Shown here piece after piece: positions 20,649 to 29,658 of a DNA stretch of 64,000 bases (its first letter is position 1; each line of letters starts with the position of its first letter). This DNA comes from Actinomycetota bacterium (lineage in GTDB: Bacteria > Actinomycetota > Geothermincolia > Geothermincolales > RBG-13-55-18). Below the pieces are notes generated by a model. That model was given only the letters and a program-made list of their open reading frames with translations. It was not told the DNA's origin and ran no database searches. Both the position numbers and the translations under genes were made by a program. The stretch spans positions 934 through 64,933 of the forward strand of contig JAFGDU010000097.1 of the NCBI GenBank assembly GCA_016931915.1, in the 5' to 3' direction.

Positions 20649-21884
20649 TCAGGGTATTGCGGTGTCGTGCCCGGACTCGGTCTGTGGGGCTCCTGGCCGG
20701 GACAGCCCTTCCACCCAGTCGAGGATGTCCGGGTAGATCTCATCGTATACGCGCTTGCCCATCACCAGGTCCGTATGGCCGTAGCCGGCGTAGTTCTCGA
20801 ACCGCCTCTTATCGCTGGACACCTTGGCATACCCGTCCGTGCGGATGTTTTCCGCGCCGGCGAAATCCTCCGTCCCCGTAATGAAGAACAGGGGTGCGGT
20901 TATGTTGTGCATGTTGGCGGTGAACCCGTACTCCTTGCGGGAATCCGTGTATTCGGGGTCTAGCCCGAGGGACAGGATCTGGACGGTCATGCCGGTCGTG
21001 ACGTTGTCTGCGGCCCATTTCAGGAGGCTGTATCCGACGTCGGCATCGACGTTATCGGGGTTATAGAGCCCGATGGCGATGGGACCCCTCTTGGCGATTA
21101 TCCTTCCAAAACGTGGGAACAGGGTGACGAGCTGTCTTGTTCTGCTGTTCGGCAGTTTGGGCGCAAAGCGGCCCAGGAACGTCAAGTAGCGGATCAAAAA
21201 CCCCACCTGCGACTCGTAGAAAGGTAATCTCTGCAGCTTGGCGATCCAATCCCCTCCGCCGTAGGCCAGAGAAGGTGGACTGCCGATGGTAATGCCGCCC
21301 AGGATGGAGGCGTTGCGTATATTCGCCAAGCTGGGATCGACGACAACCCGGAAACTGCCGTTGGTCATCTCCACCGTTGCCCCCAACAGGTACATGTAGA
21401 GGACCATGCCGCCCATGCTGTGGCCGATCCAGATCGGCCGTTTCCCGGTAGCCCGGGTCACGCCATCTATAAGGGCGGGCGCATCCAGGGCGGCGAGTTC
21501 GTCGACGGAATGCCCCCAGTCGTTTATGCAGCATTCGTAGGGGCCGTTCCCGCACCCCCGGAAGCTGGAGATCCATACGTCGTATCCGCGTTCGGCGAGG
21601 TAGAGGGCGAGGTTGTGCCTGCGGTGGGGGAGGTCGAACTCCAGACCGTTTCCCAGAAACCCGTGGGCCAGCAGCACGGGCTGCCCGCCTTCGTTGACGT
21701 ACCGCTTCAGTTTCAGGGTAATCCCATCGTCGGTATGCACGGTCTCCACCCGCGTGTCCATGCGGTCGAGGCAGGCGAGGTCCTCCTGCGGCAATGGCGA
21801 CTCGTGCAAACGCCAGAGAGCGAGAGCCCCCGCACATGAAGCGGCCAGGACGGCATACTTTGCGTACTTACCAGAATCCCCCAT
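20649..21884 (-). CDS. Alpha/beta hydrolase (lipase-like)
   Basis: 'VLLAHG', nucleophile 'GHSMGG', 'GTEDF', 'YGHTDL'. Confidence 0.88.
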   Translation of the reverse strand: MGDSGKYAKYAVLAASCAGALALWRLHESPLPQEDLACLDRMDTRVETVHTDDGITLKLKRYVNEGGQPVLLAHGFLGNGLEFDLPHRRHNLALYLAERGYDVWISSFRGCGNGPYECCINDWGHSVDELAALDAPALIDGVTRATGKRPIWIGHSMGGMVLYMYLLGATVEMTNGSFRVVVDPSLANIRNASILGGITIGSPPSLAYGGGDWIAKLQRLPFYESQVGFLIRYLTFLGRFAPKLPNSRTRQLVTLFPRFGRIIAKRGPIAIGLYNPDNVDADVGYSLLKWAADNVTTGMTVQILSLGLDPEYTDSRKEYGFTANMHNITAPLFFITGTEDFAGAENIRTDGYAKVSSDKRRFENYAGYGHTDLVMGKRVYDEIYPDILDWVEGLSRPGAPQTESGHDTAIP

Positions 21885-22123
21885 GGTTTCCCCCTTATTC
21901 TTAGGCCGGCAATGACTCAAAAGTGGATGCAGCCATTCTATCATACATTCCGCAGGGAAAAGTCCATTACGGATCGGCGCGAGATAGCCGGGGCCGCGCC
22001 TCTTCAAAGAAAATGCTAATGCCCGAAAGCGAGAAGAGCCGATAGATAAGTATAGTGAGAGTGAAAGTAATAATTTTAGCAAGAGTGAAGCAATAGTACT
22101 ACCCGATGAAGGAAGTGATCGTC

Positions 22124-23086
22124 ATGGCAACACGCAAGGAATCGCTGGAACTGAAGAGCAAGAGATCCAGGATACTGTACGAGATCACGGGCCTCGTGGT
22201 CGTCCTGGTGATCGCCTCGGGCCTGCTGACCTTCTTCTTCGTCAACACGGCCTTCGACCGCCTGGTGGACGAGAGCATCGACAGGGTGATCGAGGAGCAG
22301 GCCGCGACCATCGACTCGGGCTTGAGATACGTGGGGGAGAGAGAGGCGGAGGCGATATTGGGCGATCTGTCGCAACTCTCGATGGACGAGATGATCGAGA
22401 TGACGAAGGAGGCGGCAGAGACGGGAGAACCCTCCGCATTTGCGCTGGACGCAGCCGAACGCATGAAGGAACTGGTGGCAGACGAAGTGCTGGGCTTGGA
22501 CATGATACTCGATATAAGCCTGGCGAATCCACCGGTCATATCGCAAGACCTCATCATCGTCTCCACCGATGACGAGCTCATGATGAAAAAACCGCCCGAT
22601 GCGTTGCTCGCGGCTATCGAGGAAGCACAGGCTGAGGGCAAGACCTACGTATTCATGGAGGAGGGGATGCCGGAGGTAGGCCGGGAGGGGGAATACCTCG
22701 TCTCCCTTTACGATATGTCGGAGTTGAACCCCCTCTTCGTCGGGCAATGGGGCGCGCACTTCGTCTCCATGCGCAAGGCCGTGGTGAGCATCGAGGACTT
22801 CTACGACAGCGAGAAGGCCAGGGCGACTTGGATCATCGCCCTCATCATCGGCGTTTCCGTGCTGCTGGTCATCCTGATAACCTACTTCATCCTCAGCTAT
22901 CTCATCCGCACCAGGATCACCGAACCCATAGATAAACTCTCTGCGGCGGCAGGCGCGGTCATGGATGGGAACCTGGATATCGAGGTAAAGATACACGAGG
23001 GCAGCGATCTCGAGGAGCTCGAACGTGCATTCAAGGCCATGGTGGACAGTATCCGCAACGTCATCGCCAGATCCATGGAGCATTGA
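22124..23086 (+). CDS. Membrane protein, TM-extracellular-TM-HAMP, no output domain (paralog of 19587-20561)
   Basis: Shares 'KRSRILYEIT', 'AFDRL', 'EGEYL.SLY', 'WG.HFVSM', 'FYDSEK' and the HAMP with the paralog. Confidence 0.85.
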   Translation: MATRKESLELKSKRSRILYEITGLVVVLVIASGLLTFFFVNTAFDRLVDESIDRVIEEQAATIDSGLRYVGEREAEAILGDLSQLSMDEMIEMTKEAAETGEPSAFALDAAERMKELVADEVLGLDMILDISLANPPVISQDLIIVSTDDELMMKKPPDALLAAIEEAQAEGKTYVFMEEGMPEVGREGEYLVSLYDMSELNPLFVGQWGAHFVSMRKAVVSIEDFYDSEKARATWIIALIIGVSVLLVILITYFILSYLIRTRITEPIDKLSAAAGAVMDGNLDIEVKIHEGSDLEELERAFKAMVDSIRNVIARSMEH

Positions 23087-23269
23087 TCGCCAGCGCCTCA
23101 AGATGTGGTCACGCGCTCTCGGAGCCGTTGCCGGGGGATAACGCGCTATTGAGATGGCGAATCGCATAGATTGGCATGATAAGGCAACGATAGAATACAC
23201 GTCGGAGGAATCAGGCCTCGAGGCTTGCAGTGTGGGCAATGCGACCCTCGAGGCTTTTCCCGCGCGGGG

Positions 23270-23319
23270 TTGACACTGCGAGAGCGCGGATTTAAAATGA
23301 ACCTACTGACCGTTAAGTA
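23270..23319 (+). promoter_or_regulatory. Sigma70-type promoter and candidate TetR operator for the lipid cluster
   Basis: TTGACA (23270-23275), 17 nt, TAAAAT (23293-23298); imperfect palindrome TACTGACCGTTAAGTA (23304-23319) at the expected TSS. Confidence 0.65.
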
Positions 23320-23432
23320 AAGATAATTCCGGCGGATATCTGACCACGAATAAAAAACGCCCGACTCCATCTATAAGGAGCTCATGCGCGCGGGCAACGC
23401 AGTTTCTTTCCAGCCTGAAGGAGGATGGGATC

Positions 23433-24587
23433 ATGGCCGCAGACCTTTTTTTCACCGACGAACACAAGATGCTCAGGCAGAGCGTGCGCGAGTTCGTGCA
23501 GAGGGAACTGGTGCCCCATGCCGAGGAATGGGAGGAGGAGGGTTTCTTCCCGGACTGGGTGTTCAAACGGCTGGGAGAACTCGGCTACCTGGGACTGCAT
23601 TTTCCCGAGGAGTATGGCGGCGGCGGAGGCGATTACTTCACCAACATCGTGCTCATGGAGGAGCTCGCCAACTGCGGTTCCTTCGGGGTGAATACCGGGG
23701 TGGCCGTGCAGCTGGGGATGGCCACGCCGCCCATCCTGAAGTTCGGCAGCGATGAACAGAAACAGAGATACCTGGTACCGGCAATCCAGGGGGAGAGGAT
23801 TGCCTGCCTGGGGATAACCGAGCCCGAGGCGGGTTCCGACGTCTCCAACGTAAAGACCTTTGCCGAGAAGGTGGACGGTGGCTGGAAGGTAAACGGCAAC
23901 AAGATCTTCATCACCAACGGCTGGCGCGCCGACTTCATGACCCTCCTGGCCCGCACGGACAGGGAGAAGAAGGGCTACCGGGGGATGAGCATTTTCCTCG
24001 TGGATACGGATACTCCCGGTTTCGTGAAGTCGCGCAAGCTGGACAAGGTGGGTCAGAGGTCCTCGGATACGGCGGAGATCTTCTTCGAGGACATGATCAT
24101 CCCCGAGGACTCCATGATGGGCGAGGAAGGCAGGGGCTTCTACAATATCATGTGGGAGCTGCAGGGAGAGCGCCTCATCGTGGCCGTGGCGGTGATCGCC
24201 ATCGCCGAGGTGACCCTGCAGCAGGCCATCGAGTACGGCAAGGAGCGGGTGCAGTTCGGCAAACCCATCATCAAGAACCAGGCCCTTGCCCACCGCGTGG
24301 CGGACCTGGTCACCGAGCTCGAGGCGGTGAAATCCCTCACCTATCTCACCGCCTGGAAATACGACCGGGGCGAGTACCCGGTGAAGGAGATATCCATGGC
24401 CAAGCTCATGAGCACCCAGGTGGCGTTCAGGGTTACGGACGAGGCCATGCAGCTGATGGGCGGCTACGGCTACATGATGGAGTATCCGGTGCAGAAAGCC
24501 TGGAGGGATATGCGCATCGCGCGCATCGGGGGCGGCAGCGACGAGATCATGCGGGAGATAATCGCCACCACCATGGGCCTCTATTGA
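23433..24587 (+). CDS. Acyl-CoA dehydrogenase
   Basis: 'GITEPEAGSD', 'NGNKIFITNG', 'RVQFGKPI', 'GGYGYMMEYPV', 'IGGGSDEIM'. Confidence 0.95.
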   Translation: MAADLFFTDEHKMLRQSVREFVQRELVPHAEEWEEEGFFPDWVFKRLGELGYLGLHFPEEYGGGGGDYFTNIVLMEELANCGSFGVNTGVAVQLGMATPPILKFGSDEQKQRYLVPAIQGERIACLGITEPEAGSDVSNVKTFAEKVDGGWKVNGNKIFITNGWRADFMTLLARTDREKKGYRGMSIFLVDTDTPGFVKSRKLDKVGQRSSDTAEIFFEDMIIPEDSMMGEEGRGFYNIMWELQGERLIVAVAVIAIAEVTLQQAIEYGKERVQFGKPIIKNQALAHRVADLVTELEAVKSLTYLTAWKYDRGEYPVKEISMAKLMSTQVAFRVTDEAMQLMGGYGYMMEYPVQKAWRDMRIARIGGGSDEIMREIIATTMGLY

Positions 24588-24603
24588 AGGACGGGGAGAG
24601 ACG

Positions 24604-25191
24604 ATGAATAAATCACGCTGGGACGAGATAATCGCGGTATCGGCGCGCCTGTTCCGGGAAAAGGGATACCGGGCCACAACCATGGACGACATCGCTTCCG
24701 AGCTCAACGTGACCAAGCCGGCACTCTACTACTACATCAAGACCAAGCACGATCTGCTCTACGCCATATGCAAATCGGCCATCGAGCGTCTCATGGAGGG
24801 CATGAAGGGCATCATGCAGGAGGAGGGTGATGTGGAGGAACAGCTGCGCCGGCTGATCTCCTGGCACGTGAACATGTTCTCCGAACGCGGCGACGTCATC
24901 ACCGTCTACCTGGCGGAGGAGAGCGAGCTCCCCGAGGAAGAGAGGGGTTTCATACGCTCCCAGAGCCGCGATTACGAGGCTATTTACAGGCAGCTCCTCG
25001 AGCGCGGGATCGAGGAGGGCAAGTTCAGGGATCTTGATGTCCCCATGGTCGTGCGCGCCATCTCCGGTATGTGCAACTGGCTGTTCGCCTGGTACAAGCA
25101 GGACGGGCCCGCGACGGCCGACGACATCGCGGAGATATTCTTCGACCTCATCATGAAGGGATGCATCAGTAAACAGGCGGAGGGAAGGTGA
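24604..25191 (+). CDS. TetR/AcrR family regulator (KstR2-like architecture)
   Basis: 'LFREKGYRATTMDDIA...KPALYYYIKTK'; C-terminus 'GIEEGKFRD...GMCNW...WY...G'. Confidence 0.9.
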   Translation: MNKSRWDEIIAVSARLFREKGYRATTMDDIASELNVTKPALYYYIKTKHDLLYAICKSAIERLMEGMKGIMQEEGDVEEQLRRLISWHVNMFSERGDVITVYLAEESELPEEERGFIRSQSRDYEAIYRQLLERGIEEGKFRDLDVPMVVRAISGMCNWLFAWYKQDGPATADDIAEIFFDLIMKGCISKQAEGR

Positions 25192-25670
25192 TGAAGATGG
25201 ATGATTGGAGGGAGAAGCAGGAACTGCTGGTGATGGACGGCCGCATCAAGGTACCCTACCGCTGGTTCGCCGGCGAGACGGGGACGCGGTATCTCGAGTC
25301 CCTGCGCGACGAGGGCAAGTTCCTGGGCACGCGCTGTCCGGAGTGCGGTGTTGTCTACCATATCCCGAGGAGGAACTGCCCCGATTGCTTCGCGGAATGC
25401 TCGGAGTGGGTCGAGCTGGGATCGGAAGGGACCCTCGAGTCCTACACCGTGGTGAGAAAACACCACCCCCAGCTCTCGGTACTGCCCCTGCCCTACGGTT
25501 ACGGGATCATAAAGCTGGACGGCGCGGACACGGGTTTCCTGCACCTGCTCGGCGAGTTCGACGAGAACGAACTGGCGGTGGGGTCACGCGTGGAGGCGGT
25601 CTTCTCGGATGCGAGGGAAGGCAACATCCTGGATGTGAAGTACTTCCGTCCGACCGGGGGGGTGGAGTAG
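25188..25670 (+). CDS. Zn-ribbon/OB-fold (DUF35) protein
   Basis: 'CPECG..Y..PR..CPDC' followed by OB fold 'IKLDGADT', 'G.RVEAVF'. Confidence 0.9.
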   Translation: MMKMDDWREKQELLVMDGRIKVPYRWFAGETGTRYLESLRDEGKFLGTRCPECGVVYHIPRRNCPDCFAECSEWVELGSEGTLESYTVVRKHHPQLSVLPLPYGYGIIKLDGADTGFLHLLGEFDENELAVGSRVEAVFSDAREGNILDVKYFRPTGGVE

Positions 25671-26816
25671 ATGGAACCTGCAGCCATTGTCGGCGTTGGC
25701 ATGACGCAGATCAAGAGGGAGAGGAAGGCGGACGGGTTTGCGGACCTGGTCTACGAGGCCTCCCGCGCGGCGCTGGACGATGCGGGCATGACCATCGAGC
25801 AGATTGACAACGTCATCACCGTCTCCAACGACTTCTTCGACGGGCGCACCATCTCCTCCATGGCCATCCAGGACGCCTGCGGCTCCTTCGACAAGAACGT
25901 TTCCACCGTCGAGGGAGACGGGACCTTCGGGGCGTTCTACGGCCTCATGCGCATCCTCTCGGGGAGCTACGGCACCACCCTGGTGTGCGCGCATCACAAG
26001 GGCTCGGAGAGCGAGATGGCCCTCATCACCAACGCCATGTTCGATCCCATCTACGCGAGGTTCCTGGGCATAGATGCCGTAACCTCCTCGGCCCTGCAGG
26101 CCAGGGCATACATGGCAAAGTACGGCATAACGGAGGAACAGTGCGCCATGGTGTCGGTGAAGAACCACGGCAACGCCTTTGCAAACCACGTGGCCCAGCT
26201 CCCACTGGAGCTCACGGTGGAGGAGGTCATGTCCTCGCCTTATATCGCCGATCCCATCAAGCTCCTGGACTGCTGCCCCATATCCGACGGGGCCGCGACC
26301 GTCATCCTGGCTTCCGGGGAGAGGGCGAAGAAGATAACGGATAAACCAGTGTGGGTAAAAGGAGTGGCCCACTGCAGTTCCGCCTACCACCTGGGCGACA
26401 TGGATCTCCATAACGTAAGCGCCCTGGAGGAAGCGGCGAAAAAGGCTTACTCCATGGCGGGCATCGGAGATCCAAAAAAAGATATCGACCTGGTGGAGCT
26501 CTACGACGCCTTCAGCTACATGGAACCGCTGTGGCTGGAGGGCCTGGGCTTCTGCGAGCGGGGAGGCGGAGGTGAGCTCACCGCATCAGGGAAGACGGCA
26601 ACAGGCGGCGAGCTGCCGGTGAACGCCTCGGGGGGCTGCCTCTCCGGCAACCCGATCCTGGTGGCGGGGCTCAACCGCATCATCGAGGCCGCCCTGCAGA
26701 TCAGGGGTGACGCCGGCGAGCACCAGGTAGACGGCGTGAAGACCGCCCTGGCCCATGGCATCAACGGGCCGTGCGGTCAATCGCACTGCGTGTGGATCCT
26801 GGGAGGTGAGAAGTAA
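25671..26816 (+). CDS. Thiolase-fold (SCP-x type) protein, Ltp4-like
   Basis: 'PISDGAA', 'VELYDAF', 'PVNASGG'; nucleophile region reads 'TVEGDG' with no Cys. Confidence 0.85.
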   Translation: MEPAAIVGVGMTQIKRERKADGFADLVYEASRAALDDAGMTIEQIDNVITVSNDFFDGRTISSMAIQDACGSFDKNVSTVEGDGTFGAFYGLMRILSGSYGTTLVCAHHKGSESEMALITNAMFDPIYARFLGIDAVTSSALQARAYMAKYGITEEQCAMVSVKNHGNAFANHVAQLPLELTVEEVMSSPYIADPIKLLDCCPISDGAATVILASGERAKKITDKPVWVKGVAHCSSAYHLGDMDLHNVSALEEAAKKAYSMAGIGDPKKDIDLVELYDAFSYMEPLWLEGLGFCERGGGGELTASGKTATGGELPVNASGGCLSGNPILVAGLNRIIEAALQIRGDAGEHQVDGVKTALAHGINGPCGQSHCVWILGGEK

Positions 26817-28003
26817 TGGGCAAGCGAGTAGCGATAACCGGCGTGGGCATGACCCACCAGCGTTCGGCCCGCCCGGACGTCACCGGGCAGGAGCTCATCA
26901 ACGAGGCGGTGCGCATGGCCCTGGACGATGCCGGTATGACGCGTAAGGACATCGACGCCATCGTCATCGGCAACATGGACCACTTCGAGGGCATCAATTA
27001 CGTGGATACCTGGTCTGTGGACGGCAGCGGCGGCCTCATGAAACCGATCATGAAACTGACCACCGGCGGCACCACCGGTTCCACCGTGGCCATGGGCGCC
27101 TATTACCACGTGGCTTCCGGCCTCTTCGACCGGGTGCTGGCCATCGGGTGGGAGAAGAACTCGGAGTCCGATACCACCGGCGCCATCATCACCGCCTTCG
27201 ATCCTTTCTGGGACCGTCCCATATTTGCGGGAGCCGTGGCCGGACTGGCCATGGAGGCTACCGCCTACATGCAGGAAACCGGTGCCACCGAGGAGGACGC
27301 GGCCTACGTGGCGGTGCGCGAACGCACGCACGCCCTCAACAACCCCTACGCCCACCTGCATATCAACATGACCATTGCGGACGTCATGAACTCCCCCTAC
27401 CTGTCGTGGCCGGTGAAGATGGGGGACATGTGCCCCCGCACCGACGGGGCCTGTGCCCTGGTCTTCACCTCCGAGGATGCGGTAGCCGATACCCCCCGTA
27501 AACCCGCCTGGATACTGGGCGTCGCCGACCGCCACCTCTGGGCCTACACCAGCGATCCCTACCTGGACTTCAAGACCGGCGAGGGGTGGTTCCCGGCCAT
27601 GCAGAAATCCTCGCAGGATGTCTACGACAAGGTGGGCATCACCGATCCCCTGGAACAGTTCGACGTGGCCGAACTGTATCTGCCGTATTCCTTCGCCGGA
27701 CTGCGTTACATGGAGTCCCTGGGGTTCTGCGCCAAGGGCGGGGCGCCCGAGCTGACGCGGGCCGGTACCTTCGACATGGGCGGCAAATGTCCGGTGAATC
27801 CCTCCGGCGGGGTTATGTCCTCCAACGCCATCGGGGCCACCGCTCTCATCAGGGTGGCGGAATGCGCCTGGCAGATCCAGGGTCGGGCGGGCGAGCGCCA
27901 GGTCCCCGACGTCAAGCTGGCCCTGGCCACGGGGTTCGGCGGCTGCTTCTGGTCCGACGTGCTGGTCCTGGGCAAAGAGAAACCGGAAAAGGCCAGGGGG
28001 TGA
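26816..28003 (+). CDS. Thiolase-fold (SCP-x type) protein, Ltp3-like
   Basis: 'TTGGTTGST' (no Cys), 'CPRTDGACA', 'AELYLPYS', 'VNPSGGV.SSNAIGA'. Confidence 0.85.
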   Translation: MGKRVAITGVGMTHQRSARPDVTGQELINEAVRMALDDAGMTRKDIDAIVIGNMDHFEGINYVDTWSVDGSGGLMKPIMKLTTGGTTGSTVAMGAYYHVASGLFDRVLAIGWEKNSESDTTGAIITAFDPFWDRPIFAGAVAGLAMEATAYMQETGATEEDAAYVAVRERTHALNNPYAHLHINMTIADVMNSPYLSWPVKMGDMCPRTDGACALVFTSEDAVADTPRKPAWILGVADRHLWAYTSDPYLDFKTGEGWFPAMQKSSQDVYDKVGITDPLEQFDVAELYLPYSFAGLRYMESLGFCAKGGAPELTRAGTFDMGGKCPVNPSGGVMSSNAIGATALIRVAECAWQIQGRAGERQVPDVKLALATGFGGCFWSDVLVLGKEKPEKARG

Positions 28004-28008
28004 AAGAG

Positions 28009-28476
28009 ATGAATGAGGAGAAAAAGGACCTCATCACGCTGGAGAGCGGCGAGATGGCGCAGCCATTCCGCTGGGCAGCTGGAGCATACGGCTCCAAGTT
28101 CCTCACCGAGCTGCGCGACAACAAGAAGTTCGTGGGAGCGAAGTGCCCCAAGTGCGGCAAGGTCTACGTACCACCGCGCCGGGTATGCGGCCCATGTTTC
28201 GAGGAGCTGACAGAGCTGGTGCCGGTATCGGACGAGGGAGAGATAGTCACCTGGACCGTGGTCAGTTTCGGTTTCGTCGACCCCGCCACCGGTATGCAGA
28301 AGCCCGTGCCGTACTGCTACGCTGCCATCATGCTGGACGGGTCGGACACCGTGCTGCTGCATTTCGTGGACGAGACCGACCCGGAGAAGATCAAGATCGG
28401 GGCGCGGGTGAAAGCGGTCTTCGAGGAAGAGCGCACCGGCAGCCTCCTGGATATCAAACACTTTGAATTAGTCTGA
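28009..28476 (+). CDS. Zn-ribbon/OB-fold (DUF35) protein
   Basis: 'KCPKCGKVYVPPRRVCGPC', 'IMLDGSDT', 'GARVKAVF'; start is ATG 28009 or GTG 28000, not the ORF-track start. Confidence 0.9.
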   Translation: MNEEKKDLITLESGEMAQPFRWAAGAYGSKFLTELRDNKKFVGAKCPKCGKVYVPPRRVCGPCFEELTELVPVSDEGEIVTWTVVSFGFVDPATGMQKPVPYCYAAIMLDGSDTVLLHFVDETDPEKIKIGARVKAVFEEERTGSLLDIKHFELV

Positions 28477-28539
28477 AGTCTGAAGCACGAATAGTCTGAA
28501 GTCTGAGGTCTGAAGCGTCAAATAGTCTGAAGTCTGAAG
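28468..28539. repeat. Heptamer tandem repeat (GTCTGAA) in three blocks
   Basis: Seven GTCTGA(A/G) units arranged 2-3-2, each block starting TAGTCTGAA. Confidence 0.85.
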
Positions 28540-28608
28540 GGGTGCCGCTGGCGGCAGGCTATACGATGAGGACCAGAGAACGGATGTGAAAAGACAGGGA
28601 GGTTTCAC

Positions 28609-29382
28609 ATGGGATCCGAGAACTTCAGGATCGAGAAACAGGACGGGATCGCGCGCTGCACCATGAAGGGGCCGAACATGAACTCCCTGAGCAACGTGAT
28701 GCTCCCGGCCCTGATGGAAGGCATGAGGTCCGTCCTGGACGACGACGAGGTGAGGGTCATCGTCCTGCGCGGAGACGAGGGGAATTTCTGCACTGGAGCG
28801 GACCTCACCACCATGGGGGACAAGATGGACCCGGCCATGCTCTGCGCAGGCATGCGTGCGATGGGGGATTTCGTCTACGAGATACACGAGGGACCCAAGC
28901 CTGTCATCGCCGAGGTGGACGGCTGGGCGGTGGGGGGAGGATTCGGGCTGGCCATGGCCGCCGACATCACCTATGCCACGGAGAGGGCGCGCTTCTTCCT
29001 CAGCTGGACGAAGCTCTCGATCCTGCCCGACTTCGGCTCCGCCTACTTCCTCACCCGCAGGGTGGGGCTGTCCATCGCCAAGGAGCTTGCCCTGACGGCG
29101 GCCATCATCGATGCCGATGAAGCGCTGCGCATCGGGCTCATCAACCGCGTGGTCCCGCACGAGGAGATATCGGATGCGGTCATGAAGCTGGCCGGCAAGC
29201 TGGCGCGCCGCACCCCGAACGTCCTCGCCACGACCAAGCGCTGGCTCAACACCGGACACCAGGTGGACCTGCAGACCTTCCTGGACCTGGAGGCATACTC
29301 GCAGGCACTGGCCGTTGTCACCCCGGAGCACGACGAAGCCATCAAGGAATTCTTCTCAAAACGCTCAGGATCTAAGGAATAG
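28609..29382 (+). CDS. Enoyl-CoA hydratase/isomerase (crotonase), PaaG-like
   Basis: 'FCTGADL', 'KPVIAEVDGWAVGGG', 'LPDFG'; the two usual hydratase Glu residues are not evident. Confidence 0.9.
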   Translation: MGSENFRIEKQDGIARCTMKGPNMNSLSNVMLPALMEGMRSVLDDDEVRVIVLRGDEGNFCTGADLTTMGDKMDPAMLCAGMRAMGDFVYEIHEGPKPVIAEVDGWAVGGGFGLAMAADITYATERARFFLSWTKLSILPDFGSAYFLTRRVGLSIAKELALTAAIIDADEALRIGLINRVVPHEEISDAVMKLAGKLARRTPNVLATTKRWLNTGHQVDLQTFLDLEAYSQALAVVTPEHDEAIKEFFSKRSGSKE

Positions 29383-29389
29383 GCACGAG

Positions 29390-29626
29390 AGTATGCATCG
29401 CGAAAGCCAGGTTTTTCGCGAAGCGGAAAACCGTGTTGCGAGGAGGCGAAGCCGACGTGGCAAGCTCGATTGAGTACCACCTTTCGCATGAGGGACCTCT
29501 GACGCAGCGGTGTCCCAGCGCCTGGACCATTGATTATTCGGCGTGTCAGCGCCTCCACATTTCCATGTGGAGGCCTGATACCCGTCTTCTATCCATGGAG
29601 GCCTGGCACCTGTACGCAACGGAAGA
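29390..29626 (+). repeat. Composite structured intergenic repeat, copy 1
   Basis: 29418-29476 matches 33408-33466 (58/59); 29547-29626 matches 33536-33615 (75/80), counted by eye. Confidence 0.9.
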
Positions 29627-29658
29627 GAGATAAGGCTTAGTATCAGGGAGAGGTTGCT

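Noticed and set aside
27586-28008. N-terminal extension of the second DUF35 ORF
   Set aside because: Overlaps the thiolase-like gene in another frame; the DUF35 domain starts near 28009
29390-29658. Repeat family as a 5' riboswitch for downstream genes
   Set aside because: Copy 5 lies between convergent genes and copy 4 is inverted; position tracks upstream stop codons instead
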